Below, piece after piece: positions 48,341 through 57,762 of a stretch of DNA of 64,000 bases. Under the pieces are notes generated by a model. The model was not told the DNA's origin and did no database searches. It saw only the letters and a list, made by a program, of their open reading frames with translations. The position numbers were made by a program, and so were the translations under genes. Numbering within the stretch: position 1 is the stretch's first letter; each line of letters begins with the position of its first letter. The stretch comes from Candidatus Bathyarchaeia archaeon (lineage in GTDB: Archaea; Thermoproteota; Bathyarchaeia; Bathyarchaeales; Bathycorpusculaceae). The stretch covers positions 128,001 through 192,000 of the forward strand of contig JAVZLQ010000004.1 of the NCBI GenBank assembly GCA_038883655.1, written 5' to 3'.

Positions 48341-48669
48341 GACCTTTTTATCTTCTCCTTTTTCTTGTTTTGACTTTTTAATGGAGAACCACATTCTCCA
48401 CAAAAATTCATGTGCGATGACATCAACGCACCGCATGATGGACAAGTGATGGGCGCTGGCGGATACAAAGCTTTTCCACAATGTCCACAAAACTTGTTCT
48501 CAACAGGGTTTTTTCCGCCACATTTTAGACAAACCACGACTTGTTTGGCGATTCTTTGGGATGGTTGCATAATTTGGAACATGGACTGCGAAATCATTAG
48601 TCCCATGGCTAATCCCAAACCAGCAGAAAAAGCCTCGCCGACACCGTAGTTTACCAATTCTTTTCCCAA
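48337..48669 (-). CDS. Double zinc-ribbon protein
   Basis: AGLGLAMG segment then CLKC..FCGHCG and CPSC..FCGECG. Confidence 0.7.
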   Translation of the reverse strand: MGKELVNYGVGEAFSAGLGLAMGLMISQSMFQIMQPSQRIAKQVVVCLKCGGKNPVENKFCGHCGKALYPPAPITCPSCGALMSSHMNFCGECGSPLKSQNKKKEKIKRS

Positions 48670-48746
48670 TTTAAATCATGTGCTTTTGTTTGAGAAAAAC
48701 CTTGCTGATGATGTAGTCTTATTTGTAAGTTGGTGGTTAAATTGAA

Positions 48747-49355
48747 GTGGCGGTGCATATGAGTGCTGTTAAGGGTTTATGGAACATTGTGCTTAGCGGC
48801 TACCCAAAGTCTGGCAAGACAATGCTTGCCAACCGTTTGGTTGCGGAAAACAAGAAGTTTGCGCGGATAGGCGTGGACGAGTTGAGAACAATGCTTTTTA
48901 ATGAAGCGCCTCCATGCAGAGACGAGTTTCTCGTTTATTCGATAATTGCCCAACTACGCGATTATTTGTTGAAGAAGGGCTATAGCGTCGTAATAGATTC
49001 AACAGCGCCAGACAACGTGACCCGCGCTTTTTTGTTGATGACAAATGTTAAAAACGTGAACCGCTTGGTTGTTCTCTTCAACGTTGATAGGGAAGTCATA
49101 ATTGAAAGAAACATAGCGCTTTTCGGAGATGCCACACCCGTTTTCGCTTGGGATGAACGGTGGGAGACGCCGCCAGTGGGCGTTCCAATCTTCAAGTTTA
49201 AAAGCAACAATATGGAGGAGTTTGAGGCTTACTACGCGAGGCTTGCGGAACTTCTAGAAAGCGAAATGCACCCATACAAGCCAGAATTTCAACACGCCCT
49301 AACATCAAAAAAGAGAATTAACCTTTTTAGAAAACTTTTGAAAAAGCGCTTCTAG
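48747..49355 (+). CDS. P-loop kinase (AAA_33-like)
   Basis: SGYPKSGKT, DELR, VVIDST. Confidence 0.8.
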   Translation: MAVHMSAVKGLWNIVLSGYPKSGKTMLANRLVAENKKFARIGVDELRTMLFNEAPPCRDEFLVYSIIAQLRDYLLKKGYSVVIDSTAPDNVTRAFLLMTNVKNVNRLVVLFNVDREVIIERNIALFGDATPVFAWDERWETPPVGVPIFKFKSNNMEEFEAYYARLAELLESEMHPYKPEFQHALTSKKRINLFRKLLKKRF

Positions 49356-49362
49356 CCCCTAT

Positions 49363-49890
49363 TTAAAATTCTATTCCTCTTCTGGCTTGGTAGCCCTTAT
49401 TATATGGGTGTTTGACCTCCCTCATTTCCGTGACCAAGTCCGCTGCTTCTATTATCTCGTTTGGAGCGTATCTTCCAGTCAAAACCAGTTCCACGTGTTT
49501 CGGCTTACTTTTTATTAGCGTTAAAACTCTTTCAAGGCTTATTAGCTTCAAGTTTAATGCGACATTTACCTCGTCCAAAACTACTATGTCGTATTCCCCG
49601 CTTTTCACAACCGCTTCGGCAAGCGACAAGGCTTCCTCGGCATTTTCAATGTCTTCTTTAGAGGGCTTTTCCATTATGAACTTGCCTCTACCAAAGGCTT
49701 TCAGTTTGAGGTTTGGCAGTTTATCGACAATGTAGAGTTCGCCGTAGTCGAAGCCGCCTTTAATGAACTGTATAACGTAAACTTTTAAGCCCCTTCCTAT
49801 GGCTCTTAAGGCTAAGCCAAAAGCGGCTGTTGTTTTGCCCTTCCCATTTCCGGTATAAACTTGAACAAGACCTTTCTCAAGCTTGCCCAT
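49363..49890 (-). CDS. cobO: Cob(I)alamin adenosyltransferase (CobA/BtuR/CobO)
   Basis: YTGNGKGKTTAAFG, QFIKG, LDE, LTGR, KHPY..GIEF. Confidence 0.93.
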   Translation of the reverse strand: MGKLEKGLVQVYTGNGKGKTTAAFGLALRAIGRGLKVYVIQFIKGGFDYGELYIVDKLPNLKLKAFGRGKFIMEKPSKEDIENAEEALSLAEAVVKSGEYDIVVLDEVNVALNLKLISLERVLTLIKSKPKHVELVLTGRYAPNEIIEAADLVTEMREVKHPYNKGYQARRGIEF

Positions 49891-49896
49891 TTCCGT

Positions 49897-50850
49897 TTAC
49901 GCCTTTTTCAGCGATTCTCTGAGAAATTTTTCGGCGGCTGACGCTGGGTCCATCTCCTTCCTAATGATTTTCTCAAGTAATTCCTCAAATTTTCCTTCCT
50001 TTTTTAGCTTCTCAATTATTGACTGGGCAACTTTATCCTTAATCGCCTCCACAAGCTCAACTTCAGCCTTCAAAAGGGCTCTTTCGCGCTGCTTTTCTCT
50101 TTCTAGAAATTTTCTATGCTCCTCAAGCTTTTCAATTAATTCTGGGACGCCCTCGCCCGTGAGCGCAACTGTTTTTACTATTGGGATGCGCCACGCCTTT
50201 TCCTTGTTGTTTAGTTGTAGCATGGCTTGGATGTCGATGACTGTTTTGTCAGCGTTCTCCCGATCAGCCTTGTTGACGACGAATATGTCGGCTATTTCCA
50301 TCAAACCGGCCTTTATCGCCTGTATTTCGTCTCCCAGTCCGGGCGCGTGTATAACGACTACTGTTTGTGCCACTTTTACGATTTCAACTTCAGATTGACC
50401 AGCGCCAACTGTTTCCACGATAACCACATCTTTTCCAGCGGCATCCAAAACCTTCACGGCGTCGCTTGTCGCCTTAGCGATTCCGCCGGAATAGTTGCGC
50501 GTAGCCATGCTTCTAATGAAAACTTCTGGGTCTGTGCTTAACTCTTGCATCCTAATCCTATCGCCTAAAAACGCTCCGCCAGTGAACGGGCTTGTTGGGT
50601 CAACGGCGACAACACCCACTTTCCTGCCCATCCGCCTATACTCGCGTACAATCTTTTCTATCAACGTACTTTTGCCAGAGCCGCCTGGACCAGTTAATCC
50701 TATCACGTGGGCTTTTCCGGTGTGCGGGTAAATGGCGGCTATTATTTCCTTTGCTTGAGGCTCATCGTTTTCAATTATTGTTATTGCCTTTGCTATGCTT
50801 CTTCTGTCTCCGGATAGGACACCCTTGACTATCTCTTCAGTTTTTATCAA
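49897..50850 (-). CDS. meaB: MeaB/ArgK G-protein chaperone
   Basis: GPGGSGKST, DPTSPFTGGAFLGDRIRM, ETVGAGQSE, NKAD. Confidence 0.95.
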   Translation of the reverse strand: MIKTEEIVKGVLSGDRRSIAKAITIIENDEPQAKEIIAAIYPHTGKAHVIGLTGPGGSGKSTLIEKIVREYRRMGRKVGVVAVDPTSPFTGGAFLGDRIRMQELSTDPEVFIRSMATRNYSGGIAKATSDAVKVLDAAGKDVVIVETVGAGQSEVEIVKVAQTVVVIHAPGLGDEIQAIKAGLMEIADIFVVNKADRENADKTVIDIQAMLQLNNKEKAWRIPIVKTVALTGEGVPELIEKLEEHRKFLEREKQRERALLKAEVELVEAIKDKVAQSIIEKLKKEGKFEELLEKIIRKEMDPASAAEKFLRESLKKA

Positions 50851-50863
50851 TTGCTACACATCT

Positions 50864-51265
50864 TCAAGTTCTTTTTGAACAGTAGTCCAAGATGCACTGG
50901 ATTATCTTTTCTGTGGGAGTTCCCGGTCCAAAAACCTCCTTAATTCCTATCTTCTTCAGTTCTGGTATGTCTTCTTCTGGGATTATTCCTCCAGCGAAAA
51001 CCAAGATGTCTGTTAGGCCCTTCTCTTTTAGCAGTTGCATTATTCTCGGGAAAAGCGCTTTATGCGCTCCAGAGAGTATGCTTAATCCTATTACGTCAAC
51101 GTCCTCTTGTAGGGCCGTCTCAACTATTTGTTCTGGAGTTTGCCTCAAGCCAGTGTATATGACTTCCATTCCAGCGTCTCTTAGGGCTCTTGCCACGACT
51201 TTTGCTCCTCTGTCGTGGCTGTCCAAACCAGGCTTTGCGATTAACACTCTAATTTTCTTCTGCAT
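50864..51265 (-). CDS. Acyl-CoA mutase cobalamin-binding subunit
   Basis: [10 protein letters not shown] (DxHxxG), [14 protein letters not shown]. Confidence 0.95.
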   Translation of the reverse strand: MQKKIRVLIAKPGLDSHDRGAKVVARALRDAGMEVIYTGLRQTPEQIVETALQEDVDVIGLSILSGAHKALFPRIMQLLKEKGLTDILVFAGGIIPEEDIPELKKIGIKEVFGPGTPTEKIIQCILDYCSKRT

Positions 51266-51287
51266 GCTTTTTCACCAACCCTCATTT

Positions 51288-52967
51288 TTAGATTAATATT
51301 AGTTCTTTGTATTCTCCGTAGACTTTGCGCAGCACGTCTATTATTTCGCCTAATGTGGCGTAAGCTTTAACCGCCTCAATTATTGTTGGCATGAGGTTTT
51401 CGTTCTTCTGCGCCGCGTAGTGGAGTTTTTCAAGGACTTCCTTAACTTTTCTGTTGTCCCTTTCCCTTTTTAGCTTTTGCAATCTTGCAACTTGCTCTTC
51501 TTCAACTTTCGGGTCTATCCTCAAAAGTTCTATTGGGCATTCCTCTTCAATTGTGTACTCGTTTAAGCCGACTACTATGCGCTTTTTCTCCTCTATTTCA
51601 CGCTGATATCTATACGCGCTGTCTGCTATTTCCCGCTGGAAGAAGCCCTTCTCTATTGCGGGTATGACGCCGCCCATGTCGTCTATTTTTTGGATGTATT
51701 CCATAGCCCTTTCTTCCATTTCGTTTGTTAAGGCTTCAACGTAATAGGAGCCCGCAAGCGGGTCAACAGTGTTTGTTACTCCGCTTTCGTAAGCTATTAT
51801 TTGCTGTGTTCGTAAGGCAACCCTCACTGACTCCTCTGTTGGCAAGCATAAGGCTTCGTCAAAAGAGTTCGTGTGCAAAGACTGTGTTCCGCCTAGAACT
51901 GCAGCAAGCGCCTGAATTGTTGTGCGTATAATGTTGTTGAGTGGTTGCTGGGCTGTTAGTGTGCATCCTGATGTTTGAACGTGCATGCGCATCCACATTG
52001 ACCTCGGGTTTTTTGCATGGAAGCGCTCTTTCATTATCCTAGCCCAAAGTCTCCGTGCTGCGCGGAACTTGGCTATCTCCTCGAAAAAGTCGTTGTGTGA
52101 CGCGAAGAAGAACGATAACCTTGGGGCGAAATCATCTACTTTTAAGCCTCTCTTCAACGTGGATTCAACGTAGGCTATTCCATCATAAAGTGTGAACGCC
52201 AACTCTTGTAGCGCGGTTGCGCCTGCCTCGCGTATGTGGTAGCCGCTTATGCTTATCGGGTTCCATTTTGGCAGGTGTCTAGCGCAGTATTCGATTATGT
52301 CTGTTGAAAGTTTAAGTGAAGGCTCTGGTGGGAAAATGCACAGTTTTTGGGCGAAAAACTCTTTTAAGTTGTCGTTTTGGGTTGTTCCGCCTAGCTTTTC
52401 CCTTGGAACCCCCTGCTTGTCGCCCACGGCAACGTACATAGCAAGCAGCACTGTTGCTGGACCATTTATGGTCATTGAAGTTGTAACTTTGTCAAGTGGT
52501 ATGCCGTCGAAGAGAACCTCCATATCTTGCAGTGAGGATATGGCTACACCGCAGACGCCGACCTCGCCCCTCGCCATTGGATGGTCAGAATCATAGCCCA
52601 TAATCGTTGGATAGTCGAAAGCCGTGCTTAAGCCCGTTTCGCCCTCGCTTAACAGGTATTTGAAGCGCTTGTTCGTGTCCGCTGCTGTGCCATAACCGGC
52701 AAACATGCGCATAGTCCACAAACGTCCACGGTACATGGTTGCGTGTAAACCCCTCGTGAACGGGTATTCACCTGGAAAGCCAAAGTCACGCATATAATCC
52801 ATTTCCTTAACGTCTTCCGGCGTGTAAAGGCGTTTTATCTCGATGCCAGAATGATTACGAAACTCCTTCTGCCTTTCTGGACATTGCTTAATCCAGTTTG
52901 GCAGGGTAGTTCTTTCCCAACGTTCCCTTTCTTTAGCTATTTCCTCAATTTTCCGCTTATCAAACAT
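51288..52967 (-). CDS. Acyl-CoA mutase large subunit, isobutyryl-CoA-mutase-type active site
   Basis: [17 protein letters not shown] (Phe), [10 protein letters not shown] (Gln), [11 protein letters not shown]. Confidence 0.9.
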   Translation of the reverse strand: MFDKRKIEEIAKERERWERTTLPNWIKQCPERQKEFRNHSGIEIKRLYTPEDVKEMDYMRDFGFPGEYPFTRGLHATMYRGRLWTMRMFAGYGTAADTNKRFKYLLSEGETGLSTAFDYPTIMGYDSDHPMARGEVGVCGVAISSLQDMEVLFDGIPLDKVTTSMTINGPATVLLAMYVAVGDKQGVPREKLGGTTQNDNLKEFFAQKLCIFPPEPSLKLSTDIIEYCARHLPKWNPISISGYHIREAGATALQELAFTLYDGIAYVESTLKRGLKVDDFAPRLSFFFASHNDFFEEIAKFRAARRLWARIMKERFHAKNPRSMWMRMHVQTSGCTLTAQQPLNNIIRTTIQALAAVLGGTQSLHTNSFDEALCLPTEESVRVALRTQQIIAYESGVTNTVDPLAGSYYVEALTNEMEERAMEYIQKIDDMGGVIPAIEKGFFQREIADSAYRYQREIEEKKRIVVGLNEYTIEEECPIELLRIDPKVEEEQVARLQKLKRERDNRKVKEVLEKLHYAAQKNENLMPTIIEAVKAYATLGEIIDVLRKVYGEYKELILI

Positions 52968-53056
52968 GTTATGCCAACCCCGTTGCAGGTTGATTTTGAA
53001 CTAAAATATGGCGTCAAGCCTAAAAAGTTATTTCTAAAAGAAGCCATTAAACAATC

Positions 53057-53120
53057 ATTTGAAAGGGTGCATGCGAAATGGATTTGAAAGGGTGCATGCG
53101 AAATGGATTTGGAGGGTGCA
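53057..53120 (+). repeat. Tandem 25-bp duplication covering the RBS/start of the downstream gene
   Basis: ATTTGAAAGGGTGCATGCGAAATGG at 53057-53081 and 53082-53106 plus degenerate partial third copy. Confidence 0.9.
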
Positions 53121-54278
53121 GATTTTTCAACTAAGGCTGTCCATGGCGGAGAAAAACTTGAAAGGGGAAGCGTTGCAACACCAATCTATGAAACGTCTGT
53201 TTTCGCCTTCAAAAGCACGAGAGAGTTAATCGACGTTGTAAGCGAGAAGGCTGAGGGCTATGTGTACACAAGATATGACAATCCCACAGTTCGGGCTGTT
53301 GAGCAGAAAATGGCGGTTCTCGAAGGGTCTGAAGATGCCGCTGCGTTTTCCTCTGGAATGGCAGCAATAACAACTACATTGCTGACTTTGGTTTCGAAGG
53401 ATGAACATGTTATTGCATCGAGAGACCTTTATGGCGGAACCCTAACCTTCTTCCAAGAGATACTGCCAAGATTCGACGTCGAAGTCAGCCTAGTAGACGC
53501 CACAAACCTCGATGAGGTGAAAGAAGCGATCCAAAGGAACACGCGTGTCGTTTATGCAGAGACTCCAACAAACCCAACATTGAAAGTCGTGGATTTGCCG
53601 CGTCTAGCAGCCATAGCCAAAAAGCACAGTATAACAACAGTCATTGATAGCACGCTTGCCACACCCTACAATTTGACGCCCATAAAGTTCGGCATAGACG
53701 TTGTTCTCCACAGTGCCACAAAATATTTGGGCGGACATAACGACGTGACAGCTGGAATAGTTTGCGGTTCAGAGGATTTCATACAAAAACTTAAGAAGAC
53801 AAGGAAAATTTTGGGCGGAACCCTAGACCCCATGACGGCTTGGCTTTTACTTCGCGGCTTGAAAACCCTAGCCCTAAGGATGGAGAGGCACAACAATAAC
53901 GGCATGCAAATAGCCAAATTTTTGGAAAAGCATCCAAAAATTGCCAAAGTCTACTATCCTGGTTTGCCAAGCCACCCACAACATAAAATCGCCAAAAAAC
54001 AGATGCGCGGCTACGGCGGAGTCGTAAGCTTCGAAGTTAAAGGAGATTTTGAAAAAACCATAAAGTTTATTGAAAGTCTAAAACTTTGCCTTTTAGCCGC
54101 AAGTCTAGGTGGAACAGAAACTCTCGTGACGCAACCAGTAACATCGTCGCATTACTTCATAAGCAAGGAACAACGTCGAGAATTGGGCATAACAGACCAG
54201 CTTGTACGCCTAGCCCTAGGAATAGAACACCCCAAAGACATAATAAACGACATAAAACAAGCGCTTGAGAATATATGA
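53103..54278 (+). CDS. PLP-dependent trans-sulfuration enzyme (cystathionine gamma-synthase / methionine gamma-lyase family)
   Basis: YTRYDNPT, SSGMAAI, ETPTNP, HSATKYLGGH, SLGG. Confidence 0.92.
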   Translation: MDLEGADFSTKAVHGGEKLERGSVATPIYETSVFAFKSTRELIDVVSEKAEGYVYTRYDNPTVRAVEQKMAVLEGSEDAAAFSSGMAAITTTLLTLVSKDEHVIASRDLYGGTLTFFQEILPRFDVEVSLVDATNLDEVKEAIQRNTRVVYAETPTNPTLKVVDLPRLAAIAKKHSITTVIDSTLATPYNLTPIKFGIDVVLHSATKYLGGHNDVTAGIVCGSEDFIQKLKKTRKILGGTLDPMTAWLLLRGLKTLALRMERHNNNGMQIAKFLEKHPKIAKVYYPGLPSHPQHKIAKKQMRGYGGVVSFEVKGDFEKTIKFIESLKLCLLAASLGGTETLVTQPVTSSHYFISKEQRRELGITDQLVRLALGIEHPKDIINDIKQALENI

Positions 54279-54353
54279 TATGAAAGGCCAAGCGTTATCA
54301 CGCTAACAAAGCCTATGTTAAACAATAACATTCGCCTGTTCACATTTGTTCTT

Positions 54354-55295
54354 TTAAAAGAATATTTGAGCTGTTATTAAAATTATAATCAGTATTGGCA
54401 GTGTTTTTAACGCCTTTTTGTTGAATTTTTGTGCTTCTTCTGTTTTCTTTGCGTCCACGAGTTTCATGATGTACACTGAGGCTGAAAGGTTGTAGAGGAA
54501 AATCGCGTATATGGCGAGCATCATTCTGTCAGCTAAAGTCAAATAGCCCACTGGAGGTATGCCACTGAGTAATGCCAAATGAGACGCTGCTGCGGACATG
54601 AGCGTCGTAACGCCCAAACTTATTCTTTGGGCAAAGTTCTGAGGTGATATAGCAAAAGCAAGCAGAGATATTGTGGTTATAACGGCAATGGGCAAAAAGT
54701 TTTTGATAAACGACGAAACTACAGGACGCTTTAGGGTAATGCTAAAAACGAATCTTGAATATGTTTCGTCAATGTATGAATGCTCTGTTACACTCTGTTC
54801 GAAATCTCCAATCTCCCATCCCGCCACATTTACTGCTTCGTCGATTGTCGACGTTAGGTCTGCTTCAAAAACTAGAAGAGAAGCGTTGAGGTTCTTGTGT
54901 TCTAATTCCACAGTAAGCGCGTGAGTTTCGTATGGATACCTTGAGAAATCAAAAGTTTTCATAAAATCTCCCCTAATGCGATATTCCAAATATCCCAGTG
55001 TCTCGTTTGCCTTAACTTCATATTTTGTTGTCGGAATGCCATTAACAAACTCGAAATCTCTTACCTTTTCTATGTTTATTTCAGAGGGGTCAAACCAGAA
55101 CCATAGATAGAAGTCCAGTCGATAACTGCTTGCAGCTAAATCCACTCGCTCAACATTTACTACCAACACTCCAACTGTGACACTTGCAGGGTTGCTTGAT
55201 GAATTTGCAGTTTTTACATTACGCATCAAAATTGAGAAGAGGAATAGTGTTACAAACAATAAGAATATTCGCCGACTTCTCATATCCTTTTCCAC
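54354..55295 (-). CDS. Prokaryotic pentameric ligand-gated ion channel (GLIC/ELIC-like)
   Basis: Signal; beta-sandwich with DFYLWF and FDFSRYPYETH Pro-loop; LKR pre-M1; four TM with M1 Pro, RISLGVTTL M2, PPVGYLTLAD M2-M3 loop. Confidence 0.85.
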   Translation of the reverse strand: MEKDMRSRRIFLLFVTLFLFSILMRNVKTANSSSNPASVTVGVLVVNVERVDLAASSYRLDFYLWFWFDPSEINIEKVRDFEFVNGIPTTKYEVKANETLGYLEYRIRGDFMKTFDFSRYPYETHALTVELEHKNLNASLLVFEADLTSTIDEAVNVAGWEIGDFEQSVTEHSYIDETYSRFVFSITLKRPVVSSFIKNFLPIAVITTISLLAFAISPQNFAQRISLGVTTLMSAAASHLALLSGIPPVGYLTLADRMMLAIYAIFLYNLSASVYIMKLVDAKKTEEAQKFNKKALKTLPILIIILITAQIFF

Positions 55296-55574
55296 CTACA
55301 TAGCGATAGCGTTTTGCTTCATGAAGGTTATTTGTTATATAAAAATTTCGAGCGTTCCGCACAGTATCACATGTTTAGTTTCGAGTTGATAAAAACGAGA
55401 AAATTGTATAAGCTCCAATTATCTGGTTAATTAAAAGCTCTGTTTGCTGGAAAATCTGGAGGGAGAGAGGGTAGACGCCTTACTGTTAGCTTCTATTCCA
55501 TTTTCCCGTAGCTTATGTTAAAGGGCGTTATTAGAAAATGTTTTAATTTAGGAAAAAGAAGGGAACAAAAAGAG

Positions 55575-56042
55575 CTATTTTGCTGGTTTGAAGTAGGCTA
55601 TGTCGTTTATTGAGGCTTTCCTCTCGCTTTGCGGCTTAAGCATGGCTTCAACTTCCATGCCTATGTAAACGGTGTCTGTTTCGCCTATCTTATGTATTAT
55701 CCCGCCGCATACACCATCAAACTTTATGAGTGCGTATATCTCTGGTTTCGCGAGTTTTTCTCCGTTGATGTTTACTGTAGCTATGGTGAAAGTGTGTATT
55801 ACGCCTTTCTTGCCAACGTCAACCCACTCTTCAAGTTTCTCAAAGCACCTTTCGCAGTACATCCTCGGAGGAACATAAATAACATTGCATCGCGGACATT
55901 TTGCGCCCATGATTCTGCCGTTCTCTTTAATCTCCTTGAAGAAGCGTTCGCCCGCAACCCCAAGCGTGTAAACGTAGTCCGCCTCCATGTGCCCTATCCA
56001 GTGGCGCGCATTGAACGGATTTGTTATTTTTTCCAAACTCAT
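55575..56042 (-). CDS. Zn-ribbon/OB-fold (DUF35) protein
   Basis: CPRC..YVPPRMYCERC, G.IHTFT. Confidence 0.9.
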   Translation of the reverse strand: MSLEKITNPFNARHWIGHMEADYVYTLGVAGERFFKEIKENGRIMGAKCPRCNVIYVPPRMYCERCFEKLEEWVDVGKKGVIHTFTIATVNINGEKLAKPEIYALIKFDGVCGGIIHKIGETDTVYIGMEVEAMLKPQSERKASINDIAYFKPAK

Positions 56043-56048
56043 GGCTTT

Positions 56049-56552
56049 TCACTCCTTTACGGGCTTAAAGTAGGCTATGTCCGTTATCGCTCCAGTACGC
56101 TCTTCAGGAGGCTTCCACACAGCTTTGACTTTCATTCCTATTTTGACTTCTCGCCAGTCGCCGTATTCCTCGATTCTGTGAACTATGCCCATCCCCTCAG
56201 ATGCGCCGTCCAAGTTTATTATAGCCACAACAATAGGTTCCTTAAGTCTGCTCGCATCTGCCGCCAGAAACGAAACTGAAAAAGTGTTTATTACGCCAGT
56301 GTCCTCCACATACTTCCATCCGTCAGTCGGCTTAAAGCACTTTTCACAGTAAATTCTCGGCGGAACCATTATACGTCCACATTTACTGCAAGTCGTCGCG
56401 ATAATCCGCCCATTTTTAAGCTCCTCAAGGAACTTACTTATTGCTATGCCAGCGCTCCACGCAAACTTCGCCTTCGGCCTAAACTTTTCAGCTGGAACCT
56501 TCCCTTCCCTCAAATCCCGTGTCTCAATCTCCTCACTTTTATAGTATCTCAT
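56049..56552 (-). CDS. Zn-ribbon/OB-fold (DUF35) protein
   Basis: CSKC..VPPRIYCEKC, GVINTFS, GMKVKAVW. Confidence 0.9.
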   Translation of the reverse strand: MRYYKSEEIETRDLREGKVPAEKFRPKAKFAWSAGIAISKFLEELKNGRIIATTCSKCGRIMVPPRIYCEKCFKPTDGWKYVEDTGVINTFSVSFLAADASRLKEPIVVAIINLDGASEGMGIVHRIEEYGDWREVKIGMKVKAVWKPPEERTGAITDIAYFKPVKE

Positions 56553-56571
56553 ACATTCATCCTCCTCTTTG

Positions 56572-57762
56572 CTAACGCCTCAAAACGATGACGGAGCCAT
56601 ACTGCATCAGGTCTCCCCATGCCTGAGCCACGCCAGTTCTTGGGTCACCTGGAATTTGCCTTTTTCCCGCTTCGCCGCGCAACTGCCAAAAGATTTCAGA
56701 GACTTTCATGAGTCCAGCTGCCGCTATTGGATTGCCACATCCGAGCAAACCTCCAGAGGGGCATGTTGGTAGGTCACCGTCTCTTTGTGTTACGCCTTCT
56801 CGTGTTAGTTTTGGGGCTTCGCCCTTCTTGCATAGGAGCAGTCCTTCCATGTGATGTAGCTCCTTATAGTCGAATGGGTCGTAGGGTTCAGCCACGTCGA
56901 TTTCTTTCGGCGGATTTTTGATTCCAGCCATCTTGTATGCCATTCTGGCAGCGTACTCCACATAGTCTGGATAGTATAGGTCGCGGTTTGTCCAATGCGT
57001 CGAGTCTATGCACCAGCCCACGCCGTCAATCCAGACGGGGTTGTCTGTAACCTCCTTCGCAACATCCTCCGACGCTAAAACAACTGCTGCCGCACCATCG
57101 CTTGTTGGGCTTACGTCTAAACGTTGAACTGGCCAAGCCATGATTTCCGAGTTTAGGACGTCTTCAACTGTTATATTTGCGGCAAGCTGGGCTATTGGGT
57201 TGTCTAGGGCGTTTCTTTTATTCTTCACTGATACGAGGGCTATGTCCTCTTTTTTGATGTTGTGTTTGTGCATGTAACGGTTCATTTCCAACGCGAATAT
57301 CCAGATGAGGTTCATTCCTATTGGACGTTCAAGTATTGGGTCGAATATTGTTGTGAAGGCATACTGTGGATGTGGATGACAAGAAGACATCTTCTCCTCG
57401 CAGATAACTAGACAAGTGTCAAACTGCCCAGAAGCAATATGCCACCACCCAGCCAACGGCGCAAAAACCCCAGTTCCACCGCCAACAAAAACCCTTATGT
57501 ACGGCTTATGGTAGGCGCCTGCCCCCTCAGCCAAATATTCGCCTTTCATGTGCACTCCGTCAAACGCGTCTGGAGCCGAGCCCATAACCACACTTTGTAT
57601 ATCGCGAAGCTCAAGTCCAGCTGCTTCGAGGGCTGTTTTCGCTGCTTCGTAAGACAATTCTTTGCCTGTTTCTTTCAAATTTCTTCTGAATAGCGTAACG
57701 CCAGCGCCGACAATTGCGACTCTTTTCTTCCCAAACATTTCACTTTTCACCTCACTTAACAT
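56572..57762 (-). CDS. Thiolase-superfamily protein lacking the nucleophilic Cys (Ltp3-like)
   Basis: Thiolase fold (SDGAAAVVL, PSGGLL); RVFVGGGTG replaces CxS; EPYDPF and GNP in place of HDxF and GHP. Confidence 0.8.
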   Translation of the reverse strand: MLSEVKSEMFGKKRVAIVGAGVTLFRRNLKETGKELSYEAAKTALEAAGLELRDIQSVVMGSAPDAFDGVHMKGEYLAEGAGAYHKPYIRVFVGGGTGVFAPLAGWWHIASGQFDTCLVICEEKMSSCHPHPQYAFTTIFDPILERPIGMNLIWIFALEMNRYMHKHNIKKEDIALVSVKNKRNALDNPIAQLAANITVEDVLNSEIMAWPVQRLDVSPTSDGAAAVVLASEDVAKEVTDNPVWIDGVGWCIDSTHWTNRDLYYPDYVEYAARMAYKMAGIKNPPKEIDVAEPYDPFDYKELHHMEGLLLCKKGEAPKLTREGVTQRDGDLPTCPSGGLLGCGNPIAAAGLMKVSEIFWQLRGEAGKRQIPGDPRTGVAQAWGDLMQYGSVIVLRR

